A model generated the notes under the pieces. That model saw only the letters and a program-made list of their open reading frames with translations. It ran no database searches and was not told the DNA's origin. DNA of 64,000 nt from Trichosphaerium sp. ATCC 40318. Lineage: Eukaryota; Protista; Tubulinea. This document shows positions 24,401 to 38,201 of this stretch, in pieces (the first letter of the stretch is position 1; each line of letters opens with the position of its first letter). The stretch is from positions 69,190 through 133,189 of the forward strand of contig JALMLS010000340.1 of assembly GCA_038496445.1 (NCBI GenBank). Reading direction: 5' to 3'. The position numbers and the translations under genes were made by a program.

Positions 24401-27400
24401 ACTTGGTGTATCTTTATCTTGTATAGTGAAACCAACTACAAACATGTTGCGTTTTACTTTAATCTGACACTGTATCAAGAATGGATTTTCTGGATCAGGT
24501 TTCAAATTTCTCATCTAAGCAGGAATTAAGCATTAAAACACTATCTTGTAAAAGTATTGTACCTTCACAGGGAATGTCTGTAGTGCGCTTAGAGGGAATC
24601 CGATGGACCAATCGCTTGTTTTATTAGATATAATTGAATGTTATAAGCACTGACGCACCATTCGCTTTCACTCAAACGTATTTGAAGGCGTCTTTCTGCG
24701 AGTGCACCGTTTTCCCAGTGATAAGGAATACTCTCACCAGGCATAATGCTGTGCAATTTATGAACTGTGAATTGTCTAAAGTATATAATATGTGATGTCT
24801 TGTTGACCAAGACAGTCCTTGGTGCAATAGTGATGAGCCTTGTTCTCCAAAACTAATAAAGAGGTTACAATTGTAATAAAGCAATTTGTTGACTTACGCT
24901 GTTCTTAAGGGGTGTGATCGTTACAGATAGCTCGTACAACCGTTGTGGTTCTTTACCATTCTTGCTATCCCATAATTGAATGAAACTTGATTGGTTTTGT
25001 GTATTAAGATTTACACTGTCCGACCAATGCGATTTACCAACTTTAATCTTCATTTCTTTTGATCCACGTGGAGAGTACATCAATGTAGGTGCTGTGAACA
25101 AGTCTCTGTAATGCCAATCACGGCACTCCCCTCGAATAGGCATTGGTGATTGCTCCATACGCTCTGTACATTAAATGAGAATGGGTACAAATCAGTAAGT
25201 GTTCATGCTTACCTTGGCCATAAGTAATACCACTAGTGTCAGCAACAAGTATTGGGAGTCCACTTTTATTGTTTATCCAGTAAGGGCAATAAATAGCTAT
25301 CCTTCGTGTGCCAAATGTATCAATCCTTAAAGAATTTATTAAAAGGTCAAGAACTGGGTTAAGAGGTTTTACCTATTATCGATTCCAAGTTTGACTGATC
25401 TCTTTTCGTCTATCGGATTCTTTAACATTATGTTCTGTTGTATGTTTTGTCTGTTCATAATTAATACAGTGCCTGTGCTCCATACTCCATTTTCTAAATA
25501 TCTAATGTAAATAATTGACGTGCTGTAGTAAGAACGAACCTGGGCGAACTTGTAGAACTGGTTCAGAGCTTGGTTTCTTTAAAATTAGCTCATTTTCTCC
25601 TTTGTGAAGAATACCACGTGCAATATCAATATCTTCGTGGGACTTTAAGCAATATTCTAGAGCCACAGGTAGTAGATTTACAATCTTGATAGGAGCGGAG
25701 AATGCAATAATTTTTTGGTGTCTACACTGCCTAAAACAAAAAAGGTTAAAAAAAAAGCAAAGACTAAATAAGTTAAAGGTACAAGTATTTGATTGGGTTC
25801 AATAAGCCTGTATGTAATGCTAACGAAAATATGTAGGTATCTCTTCTGTTAGCTGAAGTACATTGGAGGCGTTGGTAGATTACCCTTGATTCAGTAAATG
25901 GCAAACGAGCAGGGTGACACCTAGATAAATGTTAGTATAAATATTAGAACATTTGCGTTTTAGTACCCTTCACGACTGAACTCCATCATTGTGTGGTCAC
26001 CACCACGGAACTTGAGGGCGTGTTCAGGTCCTGCAAGGAACGTAAAATCGAAAGGCAAGCTATAATCTTCACCAGGTTCTACAGTAGCAAGAAGGTATTC
26101 CTTGCCACTATGCAAAGTAGCTTGAATTTGCAATGGTATGTGAAGGTTGTTACGAACAAGAGTATCAGATCTAAATTGCACTACCTTGCTCCCTTTCTCA
26201 TTAACAATCTACAAAGAAAGAGGGTGCTTAGCGAGGAGTACAAGACTGAAAAAGTTGTTTTTTTTCACAGAAATACCTGTACTATAATTTTCTTGCCATC
26301 TTCTAGTTGTACTGCTCTGCGTTTAACGTTGTCTACCGAAATATTATGTATTGATTGCATAGATGACCCAATCTAGACAAGGTATAAATTAACAAGAAAG
26401 TCAAAGGTTTTGATGTTGGAAGACGCACGAGGAAAGAAATTTTGTACTTTTTATTTCTTGCTTCACGACGATTAAACTTTTCTTCAAATAGACTTTTAGA
26501 CTCTAATATTAGAGCTTCTCTATGTCCGTGCGGTAAATTATGTTCTTCCTAGGCAGAAAAATGACTAAGGTCCGAAAGAAGACAGTATCAATGTTTCTTT
26601 ATCAAACAATAAAAAATAAAAAATTACCTTATCTGTTGTCCAGTAGCGAACAGGTAACCCGCTCACGTTTTCAATGTAGTAAGCATGTTTAGTGTATTTC
26701 TTTTCTATGAGACTCAAGCTCAGTGATGAAGAAACGGGAGACGCCGCAGAGCTCCTACTACCACTTGATTTTGTATCTTTGAAAAAGTCAGCACTCCAAT
26801 TCTTTATGGCAAGACGAAGCGTATCCATAAACGCTTTTGTAATGTTAACATTTAGCCAGTAAGTCGATGTAATGCTCAATGCTTTGTGTTGAAACTAAGG
26901 AATAGGTGTGAGGATAAAAGTAGTCAAGTATTCTCTGTTTGTGAAGTCATACCAAAAAGTCAAGTTTCCAAGGTTCTATCATAGGCTCCCAACACTCCAA
27001 GCTTTGATTATAGCAATCAGCGTTCAGCACAGATTGGAGTACAACAGTTGGAGTTGTTGACCATGATGATACTTGCACTTGCCACTCGCTTAAGTAACCT
27101 CTAAATAAAGGTATACTGATGCCCTAGTAACAATAAGCCTTTGCTACAATTCGCCATAGAAAACTCACCAACAAATCATCTATGATTGTTATCTCAAGTT
27201 GAGAAGGAGAAATAATGACCTGTGTATTGATAGTAAGCTATGTGTATGTGTACTTTTGGGAAAGAACCTTTTCACGCTTCCCATCTTCTGGATGTACATC
27301 TTTAGTGTGTTTTTCTGCAACAATCTTCTTTGGGTCTTTAGGAGCTGGTTCAGATCCTGAAAAGATCCTCTTCCACTGAGCTATTATCGATGTCATCAGT

Positions 27401-30400
27401 TTAACATCCTTAAAACAACTGGTTAGAGTTTATAGGTATATCTACAGTAAACATGACATTACCTTGTATGAAATGATAACATGAACAGGAGCAATACTGA
27501 GGTTAGCACTGAATAGCTTTGGATCCATTGTATAATCTCCAGAAATATTGCAAGGCTCTGAAAGGAAGATTAATGCCTCGTATTGTAGAGTTCTGGTACG
27601 TACCAAGCAAAGAAATTGCACTTGCTGACTCTTGAGATAGTTGACACTTAAATATTTCAAGTCCTTGTAATAATGCAGAAGAAGAATAAACGTCGCCCTT
27701 GTCACTTGAATACTTGTACACAAATGTACTATTTACAATAAATCCTGATGATTCCGGGTTCTGCAAGTCTTGTAATACACATAACTCTGGCTCTGTTACT
27801 GTAACACTAACATCAGTCCTTGACTCTGGCTGCGGAGGTAGATAAATATTCTGTTGCTTCTGAATACTTGCTAGAATCTCCCCACGTCTTGTAACTACTT
27901 TTTGAATTTCACCAAAAAGTGGTTCACCAAGTTCATGAACTTGTTTCAAAAGTGAAGGTACAGCAATAACTCTAAACTTATCAAGGGTCGTTTGTATTCT
28001 TTGTGTTCCATCTTTTGTTCTTGTAACACGTAGAATGAATTGACCGGCAGCATTAGTAACAGGGTGAATGAATTTACGAAAGTCAGGGAAGATGGTGGAG
28101 TCATCTCTCGTATCATGGACTTCCAAAGAACCCAACTCCAAGTCAACCTAAATCTCACGTGTTAATAATTTTCGGAGAATAAAAAGTGATGTTATCGTCA
28201 TCAGTTCTTGCCTCCATTGTTGTGTCTGAGTGTACATTTGTTACTGTTGCTAGTTTATTTGCGCGTAGTTTAATGAGTGAGCATCCGATCATGTCATTGT
28301 GGCTTTGTAGTATCTCAAAAGTAACTAGATTAACATTGACACTAACAGTTTGATACAAGTATTTTTTCTTGTTTGCTTCTGCAAGAGCCTTAAAATAGAA
28401 AGTAAGCCACATGAATAGAAACAAATAATCAATTAAATACCTTTGCATTTTCTATCTCCGTAGGTGATTGCTTCATTGTTTGTAAGTGATTACGCATACG
28501 TGTAACTACATTCAGTTAGAAGTGGGTGTAAAAACAAATTTCTGATAATTCTATGTACAATGTTTAGCTGTGATGTCACATAAAATATTCTCGTTCCACA
28601 TATTTAGCAAGAATCGAACTTGGTCTGGTGAAACTATAAAATTAACCTCTGGTATATTGACTGTAATCTAAACAAAGTATAAGCCTATGTCACCAACCCA
28701 AAGTAAACATTACCTTATTCGTGTCATCTATATCTGGTGGTATCAGACACGTTACTTGTACATCTGTGTTAGTCAGTATAGGCAACGTATTGACTTCTTC
28801 GCCAATTAAGCCAGTTCTTTAACATATAATTAATTGAATTGTAGGGGTAGAGGAAAGGTACCTAGAGTTGAGAGAGCGGATCTTGACATTAACTTTTTGA
28901 GAGAGTTTCTTGATGTTCTCGTCTTGTAAAAAGTACGAATTTGTAATTGTGATCTTTCCAAGATCGTTTATACAAACCTCAGATGACGACGTATTCCGTG
29001 GTAATATTATGAGAGGATTGATCATTACAACACTGAAGTTTGTTACTAAGAAAGAAAATTAGTATAACTTGAACGTGAACTTGTTAAAGTAACTATACAT
29101 ACCAACACTTTGTAGTTCATCACCACCTTTATATAGTAGCTGATATCGCTTAGAAGTACGTGCAAATATCTCCATAAAATCCATAAAGAACCAAACAATC
29201 TCTTCAACAAAGCGTTCTATGAACCACCACTTCATAGAGTGAAACTTAACCTCTGAAAAAAAGTTATTTAAACCGACTGCAAACTCTGAATCTATACCAA
29301 AGTTGTACTCATCAGTCACAAAATCAAACGTATTGCAGGGACCCAAGTGTAGCTTGAAATCTACCATGTGTTCTCCTTTAATTTCAACCACTTTGCGGTA
29401 CCGATATTCCTCAATATCGCGGAGAGAGAAGTCTCCAAGATGACCCTATTTACCATTAATACCTTTTTGGTTGAAGTATGACACTTACGTTAATACCAAT
29501 ATGGTGATCGTGAATATTCACTTCGAGTAGAGAACCACTTACACCAGCAGTGGCTATTAGTGAGTCTTCCTGTGCTAGCTTGACTTCAACAGCGCGGACA
29601 TTAACAGTCACCTAAATTTCGTAAACTAAAGTGTAACTCTCCATTTCTTGAATACCTTGATAATAACGTGGTCTGGATCTTCTTCTTCTGTCTGATCGGA
29701 ACTTTCTCTTTCCTCTTTTTCAGTTGTCATTGGTTCTAAGTTATTGTGAATTCCAGTTCGATTGATTGAGTTCAAAAAAAAAGGAAGAAACGTACTTTGA
29801 TCGAAAATATTCAGAAAAAAGTAAAGAAGTTCAGATACAGTTTCACGATTACATGTTGACGATAGATTGTTGAGAGTAACGTCAAGATATGCATCTATGT
29901 TAGCATAATTCGGAGATCCCTTTGAAAAAGTAGTTAGACCAATAGTATAATAAACCTGGTACCTCCGGGACATAACGGAAATGTGATAATATGATTTCAG
30001 GCAAAGCGGCGTTCTCTTCTTTTAAAACACTGGAGTTTACGTCCTGGATATCAGATCTTGCAAGCCATTGGAACTCGGGACCATATGGTTGCATCAAATC
30101 AATGACAGAGAAGCTTTGTAAGAAGACCTGACTGACAAGATCATATTTTCCTTTTGACAGCTTCATACCCAAGTGTTGTAGATGAACCTATGTTTTTAAT
30201 TGTAAGCTTCATAAAGAGATACATCTTTTAATGAATACCATAACAATATCTTTTTTTCTTGTTTCATTCTTCAGGTGCACGACAATCTCTGGTATTGAGA
30301 AATGACCTTCGAAAAGACGACCCTTTACCTACAATTGTTTTAACGTTAGCATCTATTTAGTGTAGAGTTGATGATTACCTGGCCACTTAAATCAACATTT

Positions 30401-33400
30401 TCTTGTGCGTCTTCATAAAAACTCATAATAGAAGCAGCAAACTCTTGTTCTTTTTCTTGCTCGAACAGTGTTATTGCTGGTCTTGATTCCTAAATAGTAC
30501 ATAAGAAAAAAGGTAACGTGAGGTGTTGCGCTGAACGTACGTGACTGAAAGGCATATCTATTGTATTTATTACCATCCTTATGATAGCCACAACGGACTG
30601 TAGCTCCATGGATGAACAGTTAAATGCCAAGGAAGGTAAACTACCTTCAAAACTAAATAGCTAATGGTAAGTATACTGACAAAAAAGGATTCAGGAACGC
30701 ACGTGAACTTCGCAAGAGATTCGATATTGAGCTTACATTGACGAAGGATAATGTCTAAAGTAAATGGCTCAACGAGCTGCTCTTCTGCTTCTCTAAAAGC
30801 ACCCTAAACCAGTACATTAGCATGCGTTTTACAAACATACAACTACCTTGTCAGGAGACGAAAAGTCAATCAGTTTAGCTGTCTTTACAATAGCATGAAT
30901 ATCCTTTACACAAATATTGTAGGCGTCATAATATGCTTGAGAAGTAGATGTTGTCATGTCAACATCAATCTCACTCTCTGATAGATTCTCTTGTGCTAGT
31001 CTTGTTGCAAACTTTAAATGTCCCAAGTCAAGAACAAGCGTTGGTGCATTCTCATTTTGAACGTGTTGCGGGACAAACAAAGTTGGCGCCTGGAAAGAAA
31101 ATGAATACGGACTGGGCTTAACAACAGTTGTGACGACTTACGTGGATATCCAGAGCTACTGCAACCTTATTAGAGCGCGATATGATGTATTGTAGTTGTG
31201 TGTGGTTATAAAGAAATCCTTGTTTACTCTCAAACTCAGAACGTAAAGGTCGAAGAAAGAAAACAACTAAATAATAAAAGAACATAAGTCTAAGCACTCT
31301 TCACTACCAGTCGATCATACGTATCCTATCAATTAGAGGTTTATTGTAAACCATATTGAGTGGTTGCATGTGTAACCCAAGACTCATATCTAGAGGCACA
31401 TCCAGAGGTTTTAATTCCTAAAAGAGTTGTGGTTAGCGGTAATGCAAAAAAAAAAGTAGGCGCACGAGTTGTAGTCTAAATAGTGGTATGTCATCTTCTC
31501 CACCTGAGCTTGTTCCAGTTGGTAGCACAATATAAGGAAATATTGCATCTTCAGTGAAACGATCAAGGAGTGAGAGGTTTCCAAGAGAGATTTGAAAGGA
31601 GTTCCACTCCTCACGAAGTGCAACGTTTATTTGAAGCTTCTCAAATGAAAGTGTTGTCAATACAGTATCCCCATTCAATAGATTAATAGATCCCTTCTCT
31701 AATAGGAAGCTCACTTTGTATTTAATCCACTGTAGTAAAACTTAGACAACAGCAACATGAACGAAGGTAATTGACAAAGTTGTTTTTCTTTCAGTTTTTT
31801 TTTTTTGCATTGTACCTCTGGTGGCGGTTTAATGGCGTAGTATTGTTCTGACTCATCGAAGTCTATAGCTGCATATAACTCCTCCCAATCTTCAGTTTTT
31901 AATTCTACACCTTCTGGTATTATGCTATCAAAAGAAGTAGTCGGCTGCTATGAAATGTCAAATAAAGGCACTTTTACAACTTCCGAAAAACTCGCACGGT
32001 TTCCTGTTGTGGCTTGCCATAAAAGGGTTTAAACCACCCTGAACTTTGTGATTGTTCCTCTTGAACTGGTGCTCTACGCAATCTAACTTCAGCTAATGTA
32101 CGAAAACTAGAAAAGGTTACAACAAACAAAACTAAGTAAAAAAAAAAAACTAAACATACTAAAGAATGTCTTCAAAATCAAGTATATCTTCAAGCGCCTC
32201 CAAGATTTTCTTCTCTGACTCAGGTAATTTCTTTAACATAAATGAGTGGATCACGTAGATGTATAAACACTAAACTCTTGGCTAGCAGTGTTTTAAAAAA
32301 CACGTACAGGTGTTTGTTTCATTTTGGTATAATACTCAATGTACTTCTTCCTATAAGTACTACGTTGTTTCAAGTAACCCCAAGTCCATTTTTCCTGTCT
32401 CTCCCTAACATCACGGAGAACGCTATTACATGCAAACTGCCACCAAGCTTTAGGGTTTTCTGTAGCGGAAACACTTGGCCGATCTTTTCTGTGCTAAGTT
32501 TTTTTTAAGTCAAAAGTAAAAGCAACTTTGTTGCATTTTCTAGTACCTTAGAGCCAACTTTATAAAGCTCGAACCTTTTCATAAGGTGAACTAGATCTGC
32601 ATACTGATCTTCTTCAACATTAAATATAATATTAGGTACATTAAACATAAGTTGTCCTTGAGGTGTGGTTTTATTGGTGCCAATATCTTTGTTCCAAACG
32701 AGCTAATCTTTGGTGAACAAAGTGCCGACTTTACTTTATAGTGAACTTTACCTTTAGCTCACCGGATACAGGTGCAAGTATATACCTCAGAGTCTGATAT
32801 GTGCCAATCATGGCATGCATTTTAGCTTGAAACTCTTCATCTGAGCTCCAAGTTAAAAACGCATCGCGAGGATTCCAATATAGAGCACAAGCCCTCAAAG
32901 ATACAAGCTAGGTAAATCAAAATGAGTTTAAAAAAAATTGTCCAAAAGCACGTGTGTGCAACGTGGTCAAATAATAAAAAGGAGAAAACATAAATCGAAT
33001 ACCTTATAAATCAATTTATCTTTCAATGCTGTCAAACAAGCGTTCCAGTTGCTATCAGTGCTATGTCCTTGGAACCTTTGTAATGTCACACCACAACAAA
33101 ACGGTCTCTAAACCAGAACAATCAATTGCTGCAATACAACAAGCATAGAGACTACAAGACAGGTACCTCAGCATTGGTAATATTATCCTCGTAACGAACG
33201 TGTACGTCGTTAACATATATTTGAAGATTTTGAATAATCTTACTCTGGAGCTTCTGCGCGAACGTCTGATTGCCTTTAGAACCTTTCTCTGATGAAAAAA
33301 AAAAAACGTTAACAAAAATCAAAGGAACTCGATTATTGAAATAAAAACAGCTCTGAGTTGTGAGTAATGCGACGCCATGCTCGAGAGTGTACTTACTTCC

Positions 33401-33888
33401 TTTTTGTTTGGCCGCTTTCATTATTTCCATCATTTCTAGTTTTTTACGCTTTGCTTCCTTTTTACGCGCAGCCGCGGATGTCTTTTTGATGTTAGGGCTA
33501 TTTTACACAATTGTACGTGAAATTTTAGGTAACATTTATCGTTTTGATTGTTTACGCACCTCATCTATTTCTTTAGGCTCTACTAGAAGGAAAAGACGTT
33601 CCAGAGTCACTGTAGTCGGTTTTGATCCTAATTATATTAATACGCGTTCTACATCCGCTGTTGTAAGCTACCTAGCTCTGTCCATGGTATAACTAGCTTG
33701 AATGACCCAATAACACCACGTTTCAATGTTAATGGTAAATCTAGCGTGTCAAGTACATTATCATGTAATTCAATGTTATCTAGTTGTAATTCGCCACTAA
33801 TAGAGAATTTTACAGATTCTTCATCAAAACCCTTGGCATAGCTCTTTAAAAATGACCGTAAAACAGTCGTGGCTATTGACCTTATCAT
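21429..33888 (-). CDS. VPS13: VPS13-family lipid transfer protein (many introns)
   Basis: Chorein-N (GELQLDNI...LDLPLTLKRGVIGSFKLVIPWTELGSKP; IIQNLQIYVNDVHVRYED), VAB/SHR-BD repeats, and C-terminal KIFGSMDILGNPVNFVSTLGTGV with a G-rich ATG_C region. Confidence 0.95.
23482..23560 (-). other. U12-type (minor spliceosomal) GT-AG intron in VPS13
   Basis: 5' splice site GTATCCT; branch site TCCTTAAC (23501-23494) 12 nt before the 3' end; removal restores the frame IIRSKD-Y-KNMDYIEYF. Confidence 0.8.
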
Positions 33889-34286
33889 TCTTAAAGGCTA
33901 AATGCAACTAAATGACACTCATGGTCCACCACGTAGGCTTTTCTGAATTTGGAAATTAAATCAAAACAGAACTAGTCACCTAATTTCAGAGTTTCAAAGT
34001 AGCACTTTTCATTCAAGTTCCTTTAGAAAGACATTGCACTTAGCATCTTATTCTCTCAGTTGCACGACATTAGTACGATTTTGACGCGATATTTAGACAG
34101 TAATCAGAGTTGTGCAAACTAAGAACTTGAGTTTCTTTTCGAAGCCGCGGACAGTCCTCTTGAATCACTTCCTCATCAACGTGAATACATATTAATCACG
34201 TCTTGCTTGTACTTTTATTAGGCAGTACTAGTGCTGTCCATGCCTTAACATAAAGGTATAAGCAACACCATTTCATACCCACACAA

Positions 34287-34915
34287 ATGGAGAAGAATTC
34301 TAGCTTAATACCTCACACATGCGCTACATGCAATAGCGTAGAGCAGGAAGGAAAAAAACTGCTTAGATGTGGTAAATGCCGTACAACTTATTATTGTGAT
34401 AAAAAGTGCCAAATAAGCGACTGGAAGAGTCATAAAATAAATTGTGTTGAAGCTACAACAAAGTCAAAGCCCCTCTCAAAAGCGTACGTGGATTTTCTAC
34501 AACTAGTGCATTTATCCCTGGGATCCGTCCAAGGGTATCAATGCATTTGTTATTCTTATTTTTTTACCCTCAGTGTCTAAAATTGGTCTTGTTTAGCCAA
34601 ATACATGAATTATGTGATAAAGTGGCTGATATCAAACTATGTGATCCTACAGATTGTCGTGAGTATGAAAAGAAGACACGTATGATTATGAGAATGTATA
34701 ATGCCGCTTTGCCTAATCTAAGAGAATCTGAAAAAATGAAGCAAAAAAACAATGAGCCTTCATGGCTAGGTATGTACTAAATAATCGATTATTCGTTTCA
34801 AGTACTGAGTGATTTAGATATGATTGTATTAGCAAAAATGGCAGAGTTGACAAAGTCATACAAAGGCACAACTTTTAATGAAGACATGTTGAGTAAATGT
34901 GCAAGAAAGCAATAA
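34287..34915 (+). CDS. MYND zinc-finger protein
   Basis: CATC...LLRCGKCRTTYYCDKKCQISDWKSHKINC. Confidence 0.9.
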
Positions 34916-34986
34916 AATGATAGCTGTATAAATAGCACCAACATACTGACACGTTTTGGGTGACAAAACCATATGTAGCTATTTAT

Positions 34987-36234
34987 TTAGAAAGGTAAAT
35001 CAGGATACACATAGTTTGGTACAGACTCTTGTGAGTTTGTAATTACCAGAGCACCAGATATCCATTCTGGACGATAAACAAAATCATTTTCCATACGGAC
35101 ATGCTCATAAAAGAGCTTTTTATCTCCAAAGTTCGATCCAGTAACTTCAGAAGTAATAGTGAGAGTGGCAATAACCTCTGGTGTAGCAAAAGGAGAATTT
35201 TGAGCATAGACATCGTAGATCTTTCCTTTAGGGAGTGTCTCCAATTGTGTTGGCAAATCAACGCCTGGATCACTGTCTGGGTACTTGTAGTGTACGCTTA
35301 GCGCTGGATGGAAGATGAGTCTGTATGGGAAGTTTGGATTGGAGACTGGGTTTCCGCTTTGGTCTTGCTGTGCCCACGTGCTAAGACCAAGCATGTTAGG
35401 CCAAGCTGAAGCTTCTTCGAATTTTTTGAGGAAAGCTTGTTGCTGTGGTGTAGCAGCTGTACCAAGCATTGGTACATGGTTAGTGAGATCGTGTTTAAAG
35501 AAATTGTAGCTATCTTGACCAGTCAAGGAGTACCTGAAAACAAAAATCAAACAAAGGAAGACAAAAAAAAACAAGACAATATTGGCCACTCAAAAATACC
35601 ATACTACGCTGGTTTTTGTTTACGTACATTGCCATAACATTAACGGATGGTTTACCGTCAATTAAAACTTTAACGCTTATACCTGGAGAGAAATCTCCCG
35701 GTATAGGCTTTGCAGCAGTTGATAAACGGCATAAAACGTTATCAGCACCACTTTGGAAAATACCAGTGTAGTTATGGACGCCAGAAGGTTCCCATACACA
35801 TTGACCAATACCACCGACAGTGTGAATCAACTTATGCCTGTCAGTTTGCGAAGGACCTGAAACAAATAAGTATCACGTGATCATAATTTGTATTTGGCGT
35901 TTTGAGTCAAATAATAACAAAAACACAAAAACCAGCAAGATGAGCTTTAGTAAGAGGTACCTTGCTTAGGTAGGTCGTCAGCGACGGTGTCAAAGGTAAT
36001 ATTCATAACCTCTGTGAATAATTCAGCCATTTGAGGACGAGAGAACCATGGCAGAGGTGTAGTATCAGCATTAAGGGTCTTCCAAAGAGTGCTCATTTTC
36101 GAATCAGCAGATTGTTGTTCCCAAGTAGGACCACTGTACGGATCGGCCGCATTACTCTTCATATGAGCATAACCCATTGTGGAGGCTATACTACATACTA
36201 CAATAATACAAGAAAGGGTGCGTGCACTTAGCAT
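34987..36234 (-). CDS. Secreted catalase-like (heme-dependent catalase superfamily) protein
   Basis: Signal peptide; RHKLIHTVG, YTGIFQ, CRLSTA, PGISVK and SVNVMAM parallel the catalase distal-face motifs (H, RxS, GxxxK, N); 2 introns. Confidence 0.7.
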
Positions 36235-36951
36235 TGTGTTAAAAACTGGCCTACATGGAATTCGTTTGAAGGTGACTTAACGAGCATCATATTAATAAAA
36301 ACCCAAGAATATTTCGACAATGTAACATGGTATTACTCAATATACCGATAAAATATGAATCTGAATTTCAACAATGTGGAGCGAGAAATTCTATAAACTT
36401 TTCAACGCTAGCGTATACCAAAACTGGTATGCGGCTAATCGCTAAAGAAATTTAATGGTCTCAAAGTTCAAATACGTGGTTTGAGCGAGATGAAAATTGT
36501 TACTATTGATCCGGGCAAACTATTTCCAACGCTAAGCAAGTATTCATGTAATGTACGCAAAACTATGCGGCTAAAGCTATGTAATAATTAAAGGTAAAAA
36601 AGCGCGTACAGGAGAATTTAATGGTACTCACTCTTACTTAAGGACAGTACGCAATGGTTTGAAATTAGAAAGGCTTCACGTATTGATTCTCCGACCAAGC
36701 CTTGCCATATTGGCCCTCGATGAAACTAAGACTGATTTCGAAAGGCAAATGAAACTAGCCCTATTAGGGAAAGACTTTGCTAAACTTAAAGCTTCGTTGT
36801 ATTGATTTAAACGTAAAGAATAAAAACAAGTTTCGTTCTCTGTCACACGTGATACAGATATTCAGTCCTACAATGTGTTTCTAACGCTACTACAATGTCA
36901 CTTGCGTGTATGGCGTTTCTAACATCTTTATCAAATACAGACTCTTTATTT

Positions 36952-37926
36952 TTACTCACATACAATACGAGATGAGAAAAGAAACATATTCCCAACAAGT
37001 TTATTACAGTCACCATCAGTAAAAGTATTATACTTTATATAAGCATTCAATCCAATAATCTTACCCTTACGAGATTCAGGAGACTCTGATGATGATGACG
37101 ATGGCTCACCATCGTTGATAACGACAACAAAAGGGAAATCATTTAGTACTGCTTCTCCACCCTTTTTTTTGACATGAGCAATCTGCTTCGCTTGATCATT
37201 TACTGAACCAAGAGCAAGATAATTGATATTAGTTATCTCTTCCACGCCTTGTAGAATAAAATGATCTGGTTCATCCTTGTTAAACGATTCATACTGACTA
37301 CAATACAACTGTGTCCCTACAGAGTTGTTTTGTTCTTTGTTAGGTATGATAGGCATATAAGACTCTGTCCATTCTCCTTTTGGCGTCTCAACGAAGGAAC
37401 AGCCTGTAAACACTGCCGAGATAACGCCTACGCCCTTATCCACGTTTTTGCGCAGGTAGTCTCCGAGTTCTTTGCCCTCTTGGCGTCCATATCCGAAATC
37501 TGAATCTACGAGAATAGCATCGTACTGGTTGGTTGGCATCCCAACTTCTTCATCTGACGAATTGAAATAGTCGCAATTGATGCCTAGGTCTTGCATTGGT
37601 TTCGTAAGGTTATTTACAGCGCGATTATTAATGTATAAGTACTTTCCGGCCTATTTTAGTTAAACTGACATAAACCTGCCGTAAATCAACTAACGTACAA
37701 TTAAACGCTTACATAGCGTAAAGTATGGTCGTTTAAGCTGTAGTTTTCGTATGCTCTCCTCAGAAAATGCAACTGGGTAATGAAACGCTAATAACTTCTT
37801 CCAGAGGCAACGAGAATGTGTAACAAGATTATTAAATAACCACGACACACGTTGTAATGTATTAACCTCAGAACTATCTGCAGAGTCAATAATACATTGC
37901 CATATCTCTGGTGGTACACTTGTCAT
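36952..37926 (-). CDS. F-box protein with C-terminal alpha/beta (class I glutamine amidotransferase-like) domain
   Basis: MTSVPPEIWQCIIDS..LQRVSWLFNNLV..LWKKL; YDAILV..GKELGDYLRKNVDKGVGVI..HFILQGV. Confidence 0.7.
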
Positions 37927-38201
37927 TGAACGCCGAAAAAAATAAAGGAAACCGTTCAACAAAAAAAAAGACCAGAAAAACACAGATTGACTATTTATCA
38001 CTGGTACTTCACTGAACACATTTCAAGGTCAAGTGTTGCGTGGTCTACAAAAGAGTAGTGTTCCATTATGACTAGTTCTTGAGAAAACACTCGACCTGGT
38101 GCCTGTCACGCAAAGAAGAAGTATGGTAAAAGTTGCAAAAACAAAAACCAAAATAAGTTGAAAGTAAGCTGTGTTGAATAGTAACATTATAAAGCGCTTG
38201 C

